Assembly: GCF_016433145.1 (NCBI RefSeq)
Contig: NC_058134.1
Span: 298,697,376-298,761,375, forward strand
Direction of reading: 5' to 3'
Source of the DNA: Gracilinanus agilis
Taxonomy: Eukaryota
Length of the DNA: 64,000 nucleotides
Every line of letters starts with the position of its first letter. Position 1 is the first letter of the stretch. The notes under the pieces are model-generated. The model did no database searches and was not told the DNA's origin. It saw only the letters and a program-made list of their open reading frames with translations. Position numbers and translations under genes: made by a program. Shown here piece after piece: positions 36,231-62,503 of the stretch.

Positions 36231-37879
36231 TATTTTGTTTTCAACATTCACCTTGGGGCCTGTTCCTTGCTAAACAAATTCTACCTCCCACAAAAAAAAA
36301 AGAAAAACTGTCCACACAGGGTCCTGGACCTCCCTGCCTTTATACACATGTGCCTACACACTGCTTTCAGATGCCCATAGAGGTGAGGAATCAGTTCCTA
36401 TTTGTCCTCTCTGCAGCTTGTTTTGTATACAGTGATTGATTTATGGTCTCCCCAATTAGCCTGGGAGCTCCTCAAGAGTAGTCAGTCTTGTTCCTTTCTT
36501 TGAACCCCAGCACTTAGCACAGTTCCTGGGCACACGGTAGGTACTTAATCAATATGAATTGAGTATAACAGCTTCCAGACCCAGGTGTTTGAGAAAAAGT
36601 ACAAACTACTGAAAAGAATGTCCAGAGAAGCCATGTCCTCTGGGAAGAAGCAGGTCTCTGAAGGTCAGAAGGCGGAAAGAGTGTGCAAGTAAGGAAGCAG
36701 GGATCCACGGGGCATAAGGTAAAGGGCACAAAAGAGTGGGGCTGAGGGAGTGAGAATAGACGATGTGGATGGAGAGAACGGATTCCCTCTCGGGACCAGA
36801 AAAGGTGCAGGACGAGGAATGAGGGAGATGGCACTTGGGTATGAAATAAGTGAAAACGTGACAGAGAACAGAGTGTCTGCTATGAGAGTGAATCAGACCA
36901 ACTGGCCAAAGGCTGTCCTGATAGAGGAGCCATTGAGAGCACATGTGCTGGGCTCCACTGGCCTTGAGAATCTTATGTGTTCTGGACTTGACTTTGGCCA
37001 ATGAAGGGAAAATAAGAATGCCAGGAGAGATCTACAAGGACCACGTGATGCTTCCTTTGGAAGGCCTAGCCACAAAGGTGGCTCAGGAGCTCCTCAAAGC
37101 CTTGGGACCATTCCACAAATTTAGAGTTGGGGTTTGCAAAGCTAGAGCTGGGGGTAGAATGTGGATGGGCTTTCTGAGGAGGATGGGATTGGAGCTACAT
37201 CTTGAGGGAAACCAGAGAGTTGGGGTTGGAGTATATCAAGTATGGGGGACAGCCTCTGACTGGGGTGGCCAGTATCTCCAGAATGTAGAATGTAAGGGAG
37301 AATGCAGAGACCAGACAGGTAGGAAGAGGCTCTCTGGTTAGGAAAAACCTCAGGTGCCAAGAAGACTTTCTAGGGATAGTCACTGGAGAGATGTTTATTT
37401 CTCCAAGGAGCAAATGGCATTAGGAAATCCTCTCCCTGGATCTCAGAAGCCCAGATTCTCAAACTTGGGGATAACTCCAAGGCTCAGACTCAGGCCAGCT
37501 GGCACACACAGGGCCATGCCATATGCTCTATTTTTCTGCTATATCTCTGCACCAGCTCTTACCATCGATTAAGCTGGAAAAGTCCATCCTAAGGAATCCC
37601 TCTCTCATCTCAGGCCAATGGAGAGCATCCAAACCTGTGCTCTTCGCCTCTTCTGGTTTCTGGTGAAAAAAAAAAAAAAAACAACTGCACAAACACTCCC
37701 TCAACCTGCTTTATTCTCCGGTAGAGAAGCCCAGGAGGTCTCCCCAGGTGGAGGCAATTCTGAGAATGTGGTTCCTTCCAAAGATGCTTGACTACTCTCA
37801 CCTGGTGGAGGATTACTGCCCAGCTAACAGGGTGCCAGAGAAGAATGAGCACAAGCACCTTATGCACATATCCTGTCCT

Positions 37880-38105
37880 CTCTACTCCCTCACAGTGGGC
37901 TGGGCCTGGAGTCAGAAGGAACTGAGTTCAAAACCATGTGACCCTGGGTAAGTCACTGAACCTCTGTCTGCCTTGGCTTCCTCAGTTGTGAAATTGGGAT
38001 CCCGTGAAATAACACCTCCCTCCCAGGGTTATTGTGAGAATCCAATAATGTTTGTGAAAGCATCTAGCTTTGTGCCTGGCACATAAAGGGTGCTTAATGA
38101 ATACT
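37880..38105 (+). mobile_element. MIR/MAR1-type CORE-SINE
   Basis: GGGCCTGGAGTCAGAAGG...GTGACCCTGGGTAAGTCAC core. Confidence 0.7.
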
Positions 38106-40664
38106 CCTGTCTTCTTAATGGGAGGAGGTGCAAAGGAAGTGCCCCAGAGAAACTGGTGGTCAACAAGCGCTTTTGTATAGACCAGGGAGAGGAGCAGCCT
38201 CTCCAATCTCCAAGAGGAGACTCCTCTCTGCCCAGCCTATCACTGGGGATGTCCCATATGAGCCTGTCCTTGCTCCATGTGAAGGCAGCCTGGGTTTCCC
38301 TTGACATTCTCCCTATTAAGCACTCACTATCTCAGTGAATCAGATCTTGCTCTTTGTAGATGTGTTGGTCCATATTCCCAACTCTCAAGAGGCCCTTGAT
38401 TGCTTGGAAAAGAATCTCTAGCAAAGTTTTACAAAATAGTTATTGGTTCCTATTGGTGTTGGTGCTCATAAGAGCATGTTCTAACACCCCCCCCCCATAA
38501 TTAACCATAACAAAAACACACAGATAAAGGGGGAAAAAACCTCAAACTTCCCTCATCAGAAAGGGAGTCTGGTACCAGATAAGCTACCTAATCGCAGGCC
38601 TATTCTAATAGGACTGGTGGCAATTGGAAGTCACCTGCCTCCCTTTCAGGTGACAGATAATCACATTTTCCAATGTATCAATGAAAGTGGAATAAGGTAG
38701 GCCAGAGCCCTTCCCATGGAGCTGTCTTTGCAGGTCCTCTGGCCTCCGTCTGCTGGCCATAGATTCTGACCTCTTGTTAAAAGACATGTGACCTAGAATT
38801 GGTTCCTTGGGCCCCTTGTTTGGGATGGTGATTGAACAAGGCAAGCTTTTAGGGGCAGGAGGAATGGGCTTGTCCTGTTTGTCCCTAAAAGGACAGGAGC
38901 AGAGGAAGAAAGGAAGGACAAACCAACTTCCTGACTACCAGAACTGCCCAAAAGAGAAGTGGGCTCTCCCCTGCCCCAAGCCATTGAAGCTGACTGGATA
39001 AGTTTTGGTGGGCTTGGTGGGGTACAGAGTTATTTCTAGAAGAGGCTGGAGTAGATAGTCACTGATGCTGAAGAAGTCAGTCCCTTCCAACTTCAAGTTC
39101 ATCGATATTCTATAAGAGGCTGTGGTCACCCTGATGCTACCCCTACTGGCACTCTCCAGCTCAGTAGTCACAGATGCCATCCTGGAAAGAGGAAACTATC
39201 AAGTCTAGTTATTGCTAGTCCAGAGAAGTTGGAAACAAATTCTTACTCCTGGGTTGGAAAACTCTGCTCCATAAATGCCAAATGGGGGAGGCCTAGAGGT
39301 CATTTCATTGAGCTCCTGAGATAGAAAATTGCCCAAAGCTACACCCTGACAGGATGAGAGACCATCATCTCATTGCTCCGGGCAGAGTGCATCCTGGGTA
39401 GTGAGCTTGGAATATCCTATCTTAGGGAATAGTTGAATGATTTGGGGGGAGGTAGTCCAGAGGGTGAGAAAAGTGGAGAGCAGGTCCTTTGAGGCTCAGT
39501 TACAGGAATTAAAGATGGATGAAAAGCCCGAATAAAGGAGAATGGAGCTAGGGTGTCAGGGAGTTCAGGGGGGAAGAAAAGCCCATGGAGTGTCAGGTTA
39601 GTTGACAGGACCAGGCTTCCTGACCATTGGAGACAGTCTAGGCTGCCTGAGATGACTGCAGGTTCAGAGGCCTTCTGAAACTTTGCCTTCACTGACCATC
39701 CTGGGCAACTTTGTTAGGGAGAGGCAGGGGCTGGGTCCTGGCCCATCCTGGGGAACTGGAGAACAGCTGGAGAGAATTAGGCATGTTTGGCACCTGGGAA
39801 GCACTGAGACTTTTAGGAAGGAATCTAGGAGGTGACAGGTGGAGGCAGGGCAATGGGAGGGTGAAGGCTAGCCTAGATTGGCATTCTGCCTGAAACATTG
39901 ATTTCAAGCTGAGGGACCTCAGAGATTATCTAGTCCACATCCACCTCCTACTTCCCAATCATCTTCTAAATGAGGAAAACTGCCAGGAGCTGAAGCAGTC
40001 ACTCAAGATCACCCAAGTTGGAAGAGGTTGGAAGCCAAGTCCTCTCCATACATCTGAGCCCACTTTTCCCACTGGCCATTGTCGAGGTGCAGAGAAGGGC
40101 CCCTCTATCTTCCCTCTTTTGACATGAGTAACTCCATCAGAAGGGCAGACCTCCATTCCAATTAAAACCCAGAATCGGGTTTCCTGGGCCTTCATTCTCT
40201 TAAGCCCTCCTCACTTCTGTCCTCCTTGGAGGCCCCAGACTGAAATGCTAACCAGTCCCCCTATCCAGACTGAACCTTTCCTATTATCCTCGAGATTATC
40301 CAAGAATTCTGGCAGGGAGGGTTTTGGGGGGGAGCAGAGACTGCTTCCTAAAAGGAGTCTACCCATATGACAAAGGCTTCATTCCAAATGAGCCAAATGG
40401 ACCTCTTTCTCTTGCTCTTGGCCACCTCCTCTTCCCTCAGTCCCCGAGTCCCTACAGGTGATCCCCCTACCAAAAGCCACAGTATGGAGGGAGCAGGGGA
40501 CAGAGCTAGCAGGTAGGCTCCAGCTTATATCCCTAAAGGCCATGAAGTATTGGGAGGAGGGGATGAGAACCGAACTAGCAGGCAGGCCCCAACTTCCCAC
40601 CCAAGACCATGAAGTATGGTTTGAGACCCAGAACTAGCAGGAAGACCCCAGCTTCACATACAAC

Positions 40665-40670
40665 TTTATT
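40665..40670 (-). terminator. ACR polyadenylation signal (AATAAA)
   Basis: AATAAA on the minus strand about 75 nt after the ACR stop, followed by a GT-rich region. Confidence 0.75.
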
Positions 40671-40744
40671 GGCCCATTCCCAAGGAAAGGCAGAAGGACC
40701 AAACCATCTGGTGCCAGGCACCAGGCCACATGTGGACAGCTTTC

Positions 40745-53850
<13,106 letters not shown>

Positions 53851-53880
53851 CTTCCAGACTGCACTGGAAGCTTGGAAAGA

Positions 53881-53930
53881 ATTCACAAAGTTCACTCCTC
53901 CAGCCAATCACAGGCCAGAGCCTTTGTGAT
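53881..53930 (-). promoter_or_regulatory. Candidate ACR proximal promoter (CCAAT box, SOX/HMG-like motifs)
   Basis: AGCCAATCA at 53902-53910 and ACAAAG/CTTTGT motifs within 80 nt upstream of the ATG; no TATA box seen. Confidence 0.35.
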
Positions 53931-55146
53931 GCCAGAAGAGAATGTCGGGGGCAGGGTCAGAGAGAACATAGGATTCCCCTGCCATGAGCATTCACTCTGA
54001 GGTCCAGCAAGCATTTGCCACACAAAAGCCCCATGAAGCATGTGGCACACGTATGATGAGCCCATCCCAAAGATGAAGAAACTGAGGTTCAGAGAATCCT
54101 AGATTTGGAAAGGACTGAGATAGCCCCAGACTAGATGAGCCTATGCAATCTTGAGGACAAAGGTCTTTCCCCCAGCTGGTGCTCTGCCTCAAGGACCAGG
54201 CAGCTGTTAAGAGTCAGAACTGAGGTCTTCAGCTGCTGGTTTGGGGATTGGTTGAGGGATCACCTTTCAGAAGAGTTAGGCTGGATCAGATGGAGACTTC
54301 CTTGGAAGGAGGCTGAGTTCCTCTGTGTCGGAGTGCACGGATCCTTGGAGGTGAAGGCTATCTTGCTCTGGTGTTTGTATCTCTGGTGTTCAGCTCAGGA
54401 CCTGGCATGGTGTCAGTTCTCACCTTCTTACTGATTCATGGATTTATCACAAGACTGGCCTCAAATAGAGGTCCCTCTCCATCCTCTCTCCCATCTTCCC
54501 CAGCACATGAACCTGGCAGAAAACCAGATGCTCGATTGCCAGGAGAAGTCAATGTTTCCCCATGGAGGGTACAACCAGGCAGTTGCAGATAGGGGATATA
54601 GACTTTGGAACCAACCAGAAAGTCATGGACATGAGTCCCACCCTGTACCTCTCAGGACTCTAGCCAGCTCTCCAAGATGATGGATTGCAGAGAAAATGCC
54701 ACCCTACATTGGCAGAGGGGTGACCCCACTTGGGAACTTTGCTTACCAGATGTAGATCTGGTTCCTGTCCTTAGACATTCAGCAAGGACGCAACAAACAT
54801 TTACAAAGTGCCTGTCATACCTAAAGACCCAGGGCTTGAGCCACACTTCTTATACTCTCCTTTTGAGTCCCCCCACCTCGAGGGATAAGTGCATGGATTT
54901 GTGGAAGAATGCTTTTGCTCTTGGAGGAGCCACTGGCTACCAACTGTCCTTCTTCTCTCTTCTTAGTCATGCCTTTTTCAAAAATCTCCTAGAGTCTGAC
55001 TGCTTCTTGTTTATGGGAAATTCAAGGCTAGGGACTCTTGAAGAACATCAACCAGAAATCTCAGCTCCTAGAACCCTGAGAGCCAGAGTTAGCTGCTCCT
55101 CTGGGAACCCCAAATCATGAAGATAGATGGGACCTGGTGTGTAGGT

Positions 55147-55148
<2 letters not shown>

Positions 55149-55203
<55 letters not shown>
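55149..55203. repeat. (GA)n microsatellite
   Basis: Pure GA run. Confidence 0.9.
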
Positions 55204-55205
<2 letters not shown>

Positions 55206-55949
55206 GCTTCTCATATTGGAGGAGTGGGTCCCCATGAGATTCCTCATGGACCGGGTACAGGCATTGTCCAACAACATTCTGTCACAACAGTCTGGGACCA
55301 GATGAGCTCTCTCTTTGACCTCCCCCAAACCACTTGCCTGCCTGCCTAGGAGAGCAGAGACTTCTTGACATGGGACCTGAGGGCCCCCTAGAAGTTAGCA
55401 GGAAGGCAGCCAAACAACTGAGAAATAAACAGAAGTGGCAGAGATTTGACCCCAAGCTAGAAGGAGCCAATGGAGCAGCAGACAGACACTGTGTGAGGGC
55501 AAGAGCTAACTAGGCATGTATGCCCTGTGCTCCAACGAGCTTGAAGCCTGGGTCAGGGGCTCTCCTTTAGCCTCTTGGGGAGGGCAATGAAGTAGTATCT
55601 CTCTCTGTGACACCCTAAGGAACTACCCCTAGGTTCCAGGTGATCAGGGAACAGATCCAGCAGCCACATAAGCCAGGGTCCACTTGCCCATCACAGCCAG
55701 ATTCAGTGATGTAAATGGCTTGGAGTTGCCACTTTCTAGGGGTCAGTCCACTGCCCACAGGAACTCAGGAGAGGGTCAGAGGAGAAGAAACAGCACCCTT
55801 CATTTTGGAGGCTTGTGACATCTTTTCAACAAAAAATACCCCTGAAAAAGTAAACCAATGTTAAATGGTTTTCATTTATATTAAGGGGGCCACAACAGGT
55901 TCAGAGCCATGGGAACACGAAATCCTGGTGATAAGAGCAACAATAACAA

Positions 55950-56205
55950 CAACCATAATAATAACGCACACTAATACAGCATTTCAAGGCTTATTTTACA
56001 CATGTTATATCATTTGTGGGTCACAACATCTCTAAAAGATAGAAGCTACTATTATCCCTATTTTATGGATGAGGCAACAGGCACAGAGAAGCTAAGGGTG
56101 AGCTGTCCAAGGTCATACAGCTAGTATACATTTGAGGCAGGATTTGAACTTACATCTTCCTGGCTCCAGGTCCAGTACTCTATTCACTGTGCCATCTGGC
56201 TGCCC
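55950..56205 (-). mobile_element. MIR/MAR1-type CORE-SINE
   Basis: ATTTTATGGATGAGGCAACAGG...GGATTTGAAC...TCCTGGCTCCAGG. Confidence 0.7.
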
Positions 56206-58278
56206 TTGTGTTAGTTGCTTTTAATGATGCTGGTGGAAACAGTCAATAGTCAAACATTAATTAAGCACTGGGTGGTGAGTGCAGTGCATAGAGCACCGGC
56301 CCTGGAGTCAGGAAGACAAATGGGTTCAGGAAGGTCAGATAGGACTGAACAACATTTAATCCAAGTATTGGGGATGCAAATACCAAAAAGAGAGTCCCTG
56401 CCCTCCCAAGGAGTTTACAATCTAACAAGGCAGCACAAAATGCAAAAGGAAGCTGAGGATCAAGGTGAGTGGGGAGGGTCCAGGGGAGGAACTTGACTGT
56501 GGCTAGGATGGAGAAGTGGGTCAGAGAAGTCCCTAAGTGGTTGCTGCAGTCAAATGTGAAGTGAGATTTAGGGTCATGTCCCTCCCCATCAGAGGGGGCA
56601 GAGGATGGAGCATCCCCAGGTTTCTAAAACCTTCCAGGATAATGAGGACTTCGGGGAGAAGTCCCAGAGCAGGGCAGACAGTGGGGCAATGAGAAGTCTG
56701 GATACTGGATGCATGTTCAGGGTACTTTGGTATTAGAGCAGAGCCATAGATAATTTCAGGGATCTGTGAACTTGGATGGAAAAAAAATCCCATCTTTCTC
56801 TTCAGTAACTTCACAACGAAATTTCAATGTTTCTAAAGTATTTTCTCCTTTTCCCAGCTGCTTCCTCTTCCCTAGGCTTTTATGCCACTGCTCTCTCTCA
56901 GTGACCTCCACCCACCCGTGGTTCATCAGAGGAGTCCTAGAGTGGGCAAAGTTTGGGTTATAGTCTCCAAAGAGTTTTCAGAGGCTACTTCAAATGCCCA
57001 TGTGTCCAAGTAAAATAAGAAATGGCATCAAGATCCTTTGGGGAAGGGGCCCTCAGCTCAGTGCCACTACCAAATACACTGATGGAGAGATGAGTGGTCT
57101 TGGATTGGGGACCGCAAGGAAAAGACTGAGGTGCCTGCCCTAAAGTCTTAGCCTAAGGTGACATGAAATGAGATGAAAAGACAGCAGGCGATAGCCTCAG
57201 AGATCAATGGACAGAGGACAACCCCCAGTGGGCAAGATCCCACACTGTAAGCAAGTGCCCATTGGGCCCAAGTCTTGGTTTCTGAGTCCCAAATGGGAGA
57301 GCTGGAGAGAGGGCGCTGAGAGGAGCTTGAGGGCAGGAGAATGAAATCTTGGCTGGGTCAGCAGACTGGCTGCCCTGGGGCACTGGAGGGTCTGGACTCT
57401 TGGTTGCTTAGTATTCTTCTATCCCATAACCCTCCCTGGTCCCCTGCACAATCACAGGGTCCCCAAGTAGGAATGGGGTCCTTGTCCCATGAAGTCCCTC
57501 AGGACCAAAGACAACTTCCCAGATCTGCCATTCATCATAAACCTCCTTCCTCCCATTTTTTGTCTCTTTCCAGCTCTCCTGCTCACTGCTCCTTTCCTGC
57601 CCTTGCCTGAGGAATGGCAGGCACAGGGCTAGCTGGTAAAGAGCAGTACCCAGGGGCCAGTCTAGTCTTCTACTTGACCCTCTCTTCTGAGAATGGGAGC
57701 AGTAGGTGGCGCTGAAGAGCTAGGAAGACTGAGCCATTTGGCCAGCTTGCTCCCTTTCCCTTTGGGAGAATCCCAGAAATCTGTTTAAGCCATAGTCCTA
57801 AGGCTCAGGGCACCTGGAAGGCTGGGGGTGGGGGGAGACTTTTAACTGGAGCAATGAGGGAAGGTTTCTGAGAGGAGGCGGTATTTGAACTGGACCTCAA
57901 ACATCAGGTCAGGACTGGAGAAGATGGCAGGAGAAAGGTGGATATTAGATGAGCCGGCCTTGGGGTACAAGCCACTGGGGCTGGAGGGAGGGAGAGGAGA
58001 TACTAACTGGACCAAAGGAAGCCATGAATAAGAAAAGTGACTGGAGCCTGGTCTTGAATGCTAGTCTTATTTGTCTTATTCTAGGAGATTTGGGGAAAGG
58101 GAAATTTCCTCTCCTATAAACCTTATTTATAATGGACTTTCTCCCCACTGACTCTTTCCCAGGACTTTTGTTAGGGAAAAGCTTTGTAGCACTGGAAGAC
58201 TTTGAGATGTGGATGCTCTGATCTTTAGCCTTAGCTAGGGAACCCTAATGATGAGCTGCAGTGTCCTGAAAGTAAAAA

Positions 58279-58289
58279 GGGGGGGGGGG

Positions 58290-58343
<54 letters not shown>
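58279..58343. repeat. Poly-G followed by (GA)n microsatellite
   Basis: Visible directly in the sequence. Confidence 0.9.
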
Positions 58344-58346
<3 letters not shown>

Positions 58347-58499
58347 GAACAAAGCTCAACTAGCAGAGAGATAGGCCTGTCTTAGAAATAATAATTTGGC
58401 TGCTACATGGAAGATGAATTGGCAGGGGGAGTAAGGAAGGAAAGAGGGAGGAAGAGAGAGAAAACAAGCATTTACAGAAGGAATATCTACCTACTATGA

Positions 58500-58735
58500 A
58501 CCAATTAGTCAATAAATGAAACAGCTACTATGTGTCAGGCACTGTGCTCTTACAGATATCTCATTGGATCCTCACAACAGCCCTACAAGGTAGGTGCTAT
58601 TATTACCCCTATTTTACAAAAGAAAAAACTGAGACAGACAGGGGTTAAGTGACTTGTCCAGTGTCACTCAGCTAGTAAATGTCTGTGGTCAGATTTAAAC
58701 TCAGGTCTTTCCGATTCCAGGCCTAGAGCTCTACT
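58500..58735 (-). mobile_element. MIR/MAR1-type CORE-SINE
   Basis: GATCCTCACAACAGCCC...AAGTGACTTGTCCAG...GATTCCAGGCCTAG. Confidence 0.7.
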
Positions 58736-59327
58736 GAGGCATAGACTCATTCAGGGTTTAGAACAATAGTCCAGACCAAGGGTGCTGAGAGATTTCACTC
58801 CAATGGTGGTGACTCCATGAGTGGAGAAAAGTGAACACGTGGGAAAGATATGATGGAGTCAAATCAACAAGACCTGGTTCCAGTTAACCTGGGGAAGGGC
58901 TTGGAGGAGAGATGAGGGAGTCAGAGTCAAGGAATCCTAGGTGCCCAGCAAGATGGTGGTGACATCTCCTAGGACCTGGGAGGCTTCAGAACAAGCTGAG
59001 AACATGGGGTGGAGTTGAAGTTGTCTCCAGTTCAGATTTGCCTGGTTCTGGCCCTGGGGGATCTGACATCTCCATGGCAATGATGGGGAGCATCTGCGGC
59101 TGGGTAGGAAGGGAGGCTATAAATGATCATTTGATTATCAGAGATGGAGTCCCAGAGCTTAGTGCTCTATTAAGATCTGTTTGGACCACAAATTAGGGGC
59201 CATATTGGGGAAGAAGACTATGAATATCCCTTGCTTTTAGGTTTTTTAAAGGTCTTTCCTCCCCACTCACCTTAAAAAGTCCCTATTTGTTGCATCGAGG
59301 CAGCCCGGCTTCTGCCAGGACTTAGGA

Positions 59328-59619
59328 AAGTGATGGCAAACCTTTTAGAGACTATGTGAAGTGCCCTCCCCCCAGACCCTGTGCTGTGCCCTGGCCCCCT
59401 TACCTCAGATGGAGGATGAAACACTCCCATCGGGCTGCTGGGCAGACGGCAGGTAAAGTGAAAAAATATCTCCAGTGTGGTGGAAAGGGGGAAGGGAGAA
59501 GCTCCCCCAAGTCCCTCTGCCTTTCTAGTAATTCATTCTATTGGGTGATGGCTCACATGCCTACAGAGAGGGCTCTGTGTGCCCTTTTTGGCATGTGTGC
59601 CATAGGTTTGTCATCATGG
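59328..59619. mobile_element. hAT-type MITE
   Basis: AGTGATGGCAAACCTTTTAGAG ... GGTTTGTCATCA termini; internal similarity to the 27.1 kb copy. Confidence 0.75.
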
Positions 59620-61660
59620 ATCTAGGAAGTCAGACTGTCCCCAATAGTCTGGCCTCTGCCTCTTCTCCAAAAATGCCTGTAGCCTATGGATGACCTCATA
59701 TCACCTGTAGGCTATTTCCTTATCAGAGATTAGACTGAGTTTACTGCAGGAAGATCTGAGCATTGGAGCTCCTCTGAGCCAGTTCCACCTAAAGGAAAAG
59801 GAAAGGACAAGGTCACGGGATGATACAAAAGGAGGAAGGACAAACTTCTCTACTAAAAGACAGTAATGAAGAGGGTGTGAACAAGTATGGAAGACAAAGT
59901 GTAAAGTGCTAGAAAGAGAAGTGGGGTGGGGTAGGGGCACCCCATGGAGACACTTTTCCCCAGTCTGTCTCCTCTTCTATCATGGGAGGATGTTGGACTA
60001 AACAATCTCTGTGCCCCTCCAGCCCTGATGCTGACTTCTTTCCATTCTTTGATTTCTCTCCATCCACTCCAATGGTCTTGACCACTAAAGGTCATTGGTT
60101 CCAAGAAATACACGATGCTAAAGTCCCTGGATGAGGCAGTGTGGCCCAGGACTTGGGTTCCAGGCTCATCACTCACACTTCCTACTTTGTAAACTTTCAG
60201 AGCCTCAGCCTTCCATCCTTAAAGGAGGAAGATGAACCAGTTGGCCTTGGAGGCCCCTTGCAGCTCCCAATCAATGAACCATGAAAACAGTACCAGATGC
60301 ATATAGGGTTGGTTCCTGGCTCTGCAATTCCTTGGCCTTGTGGCACAAGAGGTCTCAGCCTCAGCGAGGGGCTAAAGGCTTTTCTATTGAGGGATTGGAG
60401 GAACCCAAGGTCCCAACCCAAAGGGATGGACCTCAGAGAATGTGTGAGACAATTCTCCAGGCTTGACAGGTAAGGAAGCTGAGACCTAGGAAGGGAAGGG
60501 AATTTTCTTACTTTCCCAATGAGAAGGCCTGTCTGACTCCCCAGGGAAGCCCCTGTAGTCCCAGAAGAGGCCTCAGATCCATCATCAATGATCCTTGTCA
60601 TTGGGAAAATGGTTCAGACTCAGGGTCTTTGCTGCATCTGGGAGTTTGTGAGGGATGATGCCACCATGGCAGTTAGCCATACAAGGGCAGATACCATTCC
60701 TGGCACCACAAGCTCAAAGCAGATGCTTCTCTGTGGGTACCCTTGGGGCAGCCGGGCAGCCAGCAGGTACCCTAACTGTAGCTTGGCAGCTCTGGCATGC
60801 TGAGTCACACCTCCTATCAAGTCTGTCACAACATGGGCATTGGGTGGCAGATGGCTGGTCCAGAATCCTCCCATCCTGCCTCCCTTCCCTTCTCCTTTTT
60901 CCCTCCCACAGAGCTTGGGGCACTCACTCACTCCCTTCCTTCAACTTGATCATACCTGCCAGATTTCTGATCTCTGTGCCCATTGGGAAGGCTGGCTGAG
61001 TTAAGCCCTGGGGAGCTGCTCCCAGCTGGACACTGAGGTCTGGGTCACCTCTGGTTTTAGGAGAACACAGCCTAGAGCCAGACCCACATGTAGGGGAATT
61101 ACATGTGTCTGCACAATTGGGTTGAAATGGATCCTGTTGGCCTAAAGGACTCTGACCAGGGGAAAACTGATAAATGTTTAACAATCAGCTCTAGGAAAGA
61201 CTGATATATGCACCATATGCTTTTCTGTTTAATATGCATCATTCGCATTTTCTTCATTGCTTTTATAGATCTAGACAATTAACAAAACAACAAATCAATG
61301 TGTAGCCTACGCTGGTTTCCAGAATATCAATGCTCCTAATGAACATCTTTGGAGCCAGTACAAATGGACTCCTGCTGCATTTCCCACCTTTGACCCTGCC
61401 CTGCCATGTGAGCTCCTGACCTTCTTCTGGGATGGAAAGAGACAGGGCCCCGAGGCCAAAGGTGACTGGTCTGCCCAGTCCTGAATCACAAAGCCTCCAA
61501 CTGGAGGGCATGAGAATAGTCATCTACTCCTTTTTCTACCAGAACAGAAATCCTCTCTATGGCACCCTTGATAAAAGGTCATTTCCTCTCTGCTTGAAGA
61601 CCATGGATGGCAGCATCACAAGGACAGAAAAGCCATGAGCAAGAGGCAAATATTACATAT

Positions 61661-62503
61661 TGTGAAAGGAAATTCTCGGTTCTCTTTGTCTGTTCTGAAT
61701 TTACACTTGTGAAAAGGGAATTCTTTATTCTCTTTGCCTAGTTGGAGTTGAAACTTTGGTTAACAATATCTTAAATACCCCTACTTAGTACCTCTTTAGA
61801 TTATGAGGACAGGATTAACTCTCCCTTATCTACTTTTGAATTAATCAACAAAAGCAATACACCCATACTTAACTGAAAAGTAAGGGAAACTCTTACTACA
61901 GGAGTTTGCACCTCCAAAAGGAAGACACACCTATTTAGCCTTAAGTAGGTGGAAGTCTGCAACCTACATGCTAACTGGGTAATAACTCAGTAACATGTGA
62001 ATCCAAATTTGATGACAACTCAGAAACATGTGAATTCTAGGAGGAGAGTTGACACCTTTAGAGGCGACAAGTTAATCCCACAGACAGGGCAGGGCTGGAC
62101 AATTTGGAAACTGTGACTGACTCCTGTGAAGAGGGGCAGGAACAGGAAACCAATATAAAAGTCATGAAATCCTGGGCCTGAGGCAGTCTGGTGAAGTTGA
62201 GTCTGGTGGAGAGTCTCCTAGAGATAGTCTTCAAACGAACTTCATTGGAGACTTTGGCTTGGATCGTGACTTCAATTTAGATTCTGACTCCTGGACTACT
62301 TTATTGGGAGAGTGAAAAGGGCTGACCACTTTCCTAGTTTCCTAAGAGACTAGCTTCCATCTTGGAGGAGGCCTCATAATTACTCACTATTGGCCCTCCT
62401 GGCTGAGGACTAGTTTAGGTATTTTCTCTAACATCTCTCACATTTCTCTATTGTTTCCCTCTATTTTGTGAATAAACTTCTGACTTATGACCACGTAATT
62501 TCA
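61661..62503 (+). mobile_element. Solo ERV LTR
   Basis: Starts TGTGAAAGG, ends TAATTTCA, AATAAA at 62471-62476; its 5' part closely matches 14182-14432. Confidence 0.75.

Noticed and set aside
36750-37341. Plus-strand ORFs downstream of RABL2 with protein-like wording
   Set aside because: No identifiable family or splice signals; possibly decayed retroelement sequence.
55233-55249. ATGAGATTCCTCATGGA resembling RABL2 exon 2
   Set aside because: About 15 matching nt with no flanking homology.
60197-60999. Same-frame minus-strand ORFs (103 and 134 aa) with a GTAAGA donor
   Set aside because: Separated by two stops, and all frames after the nearest acceptors close; no homology recognised.
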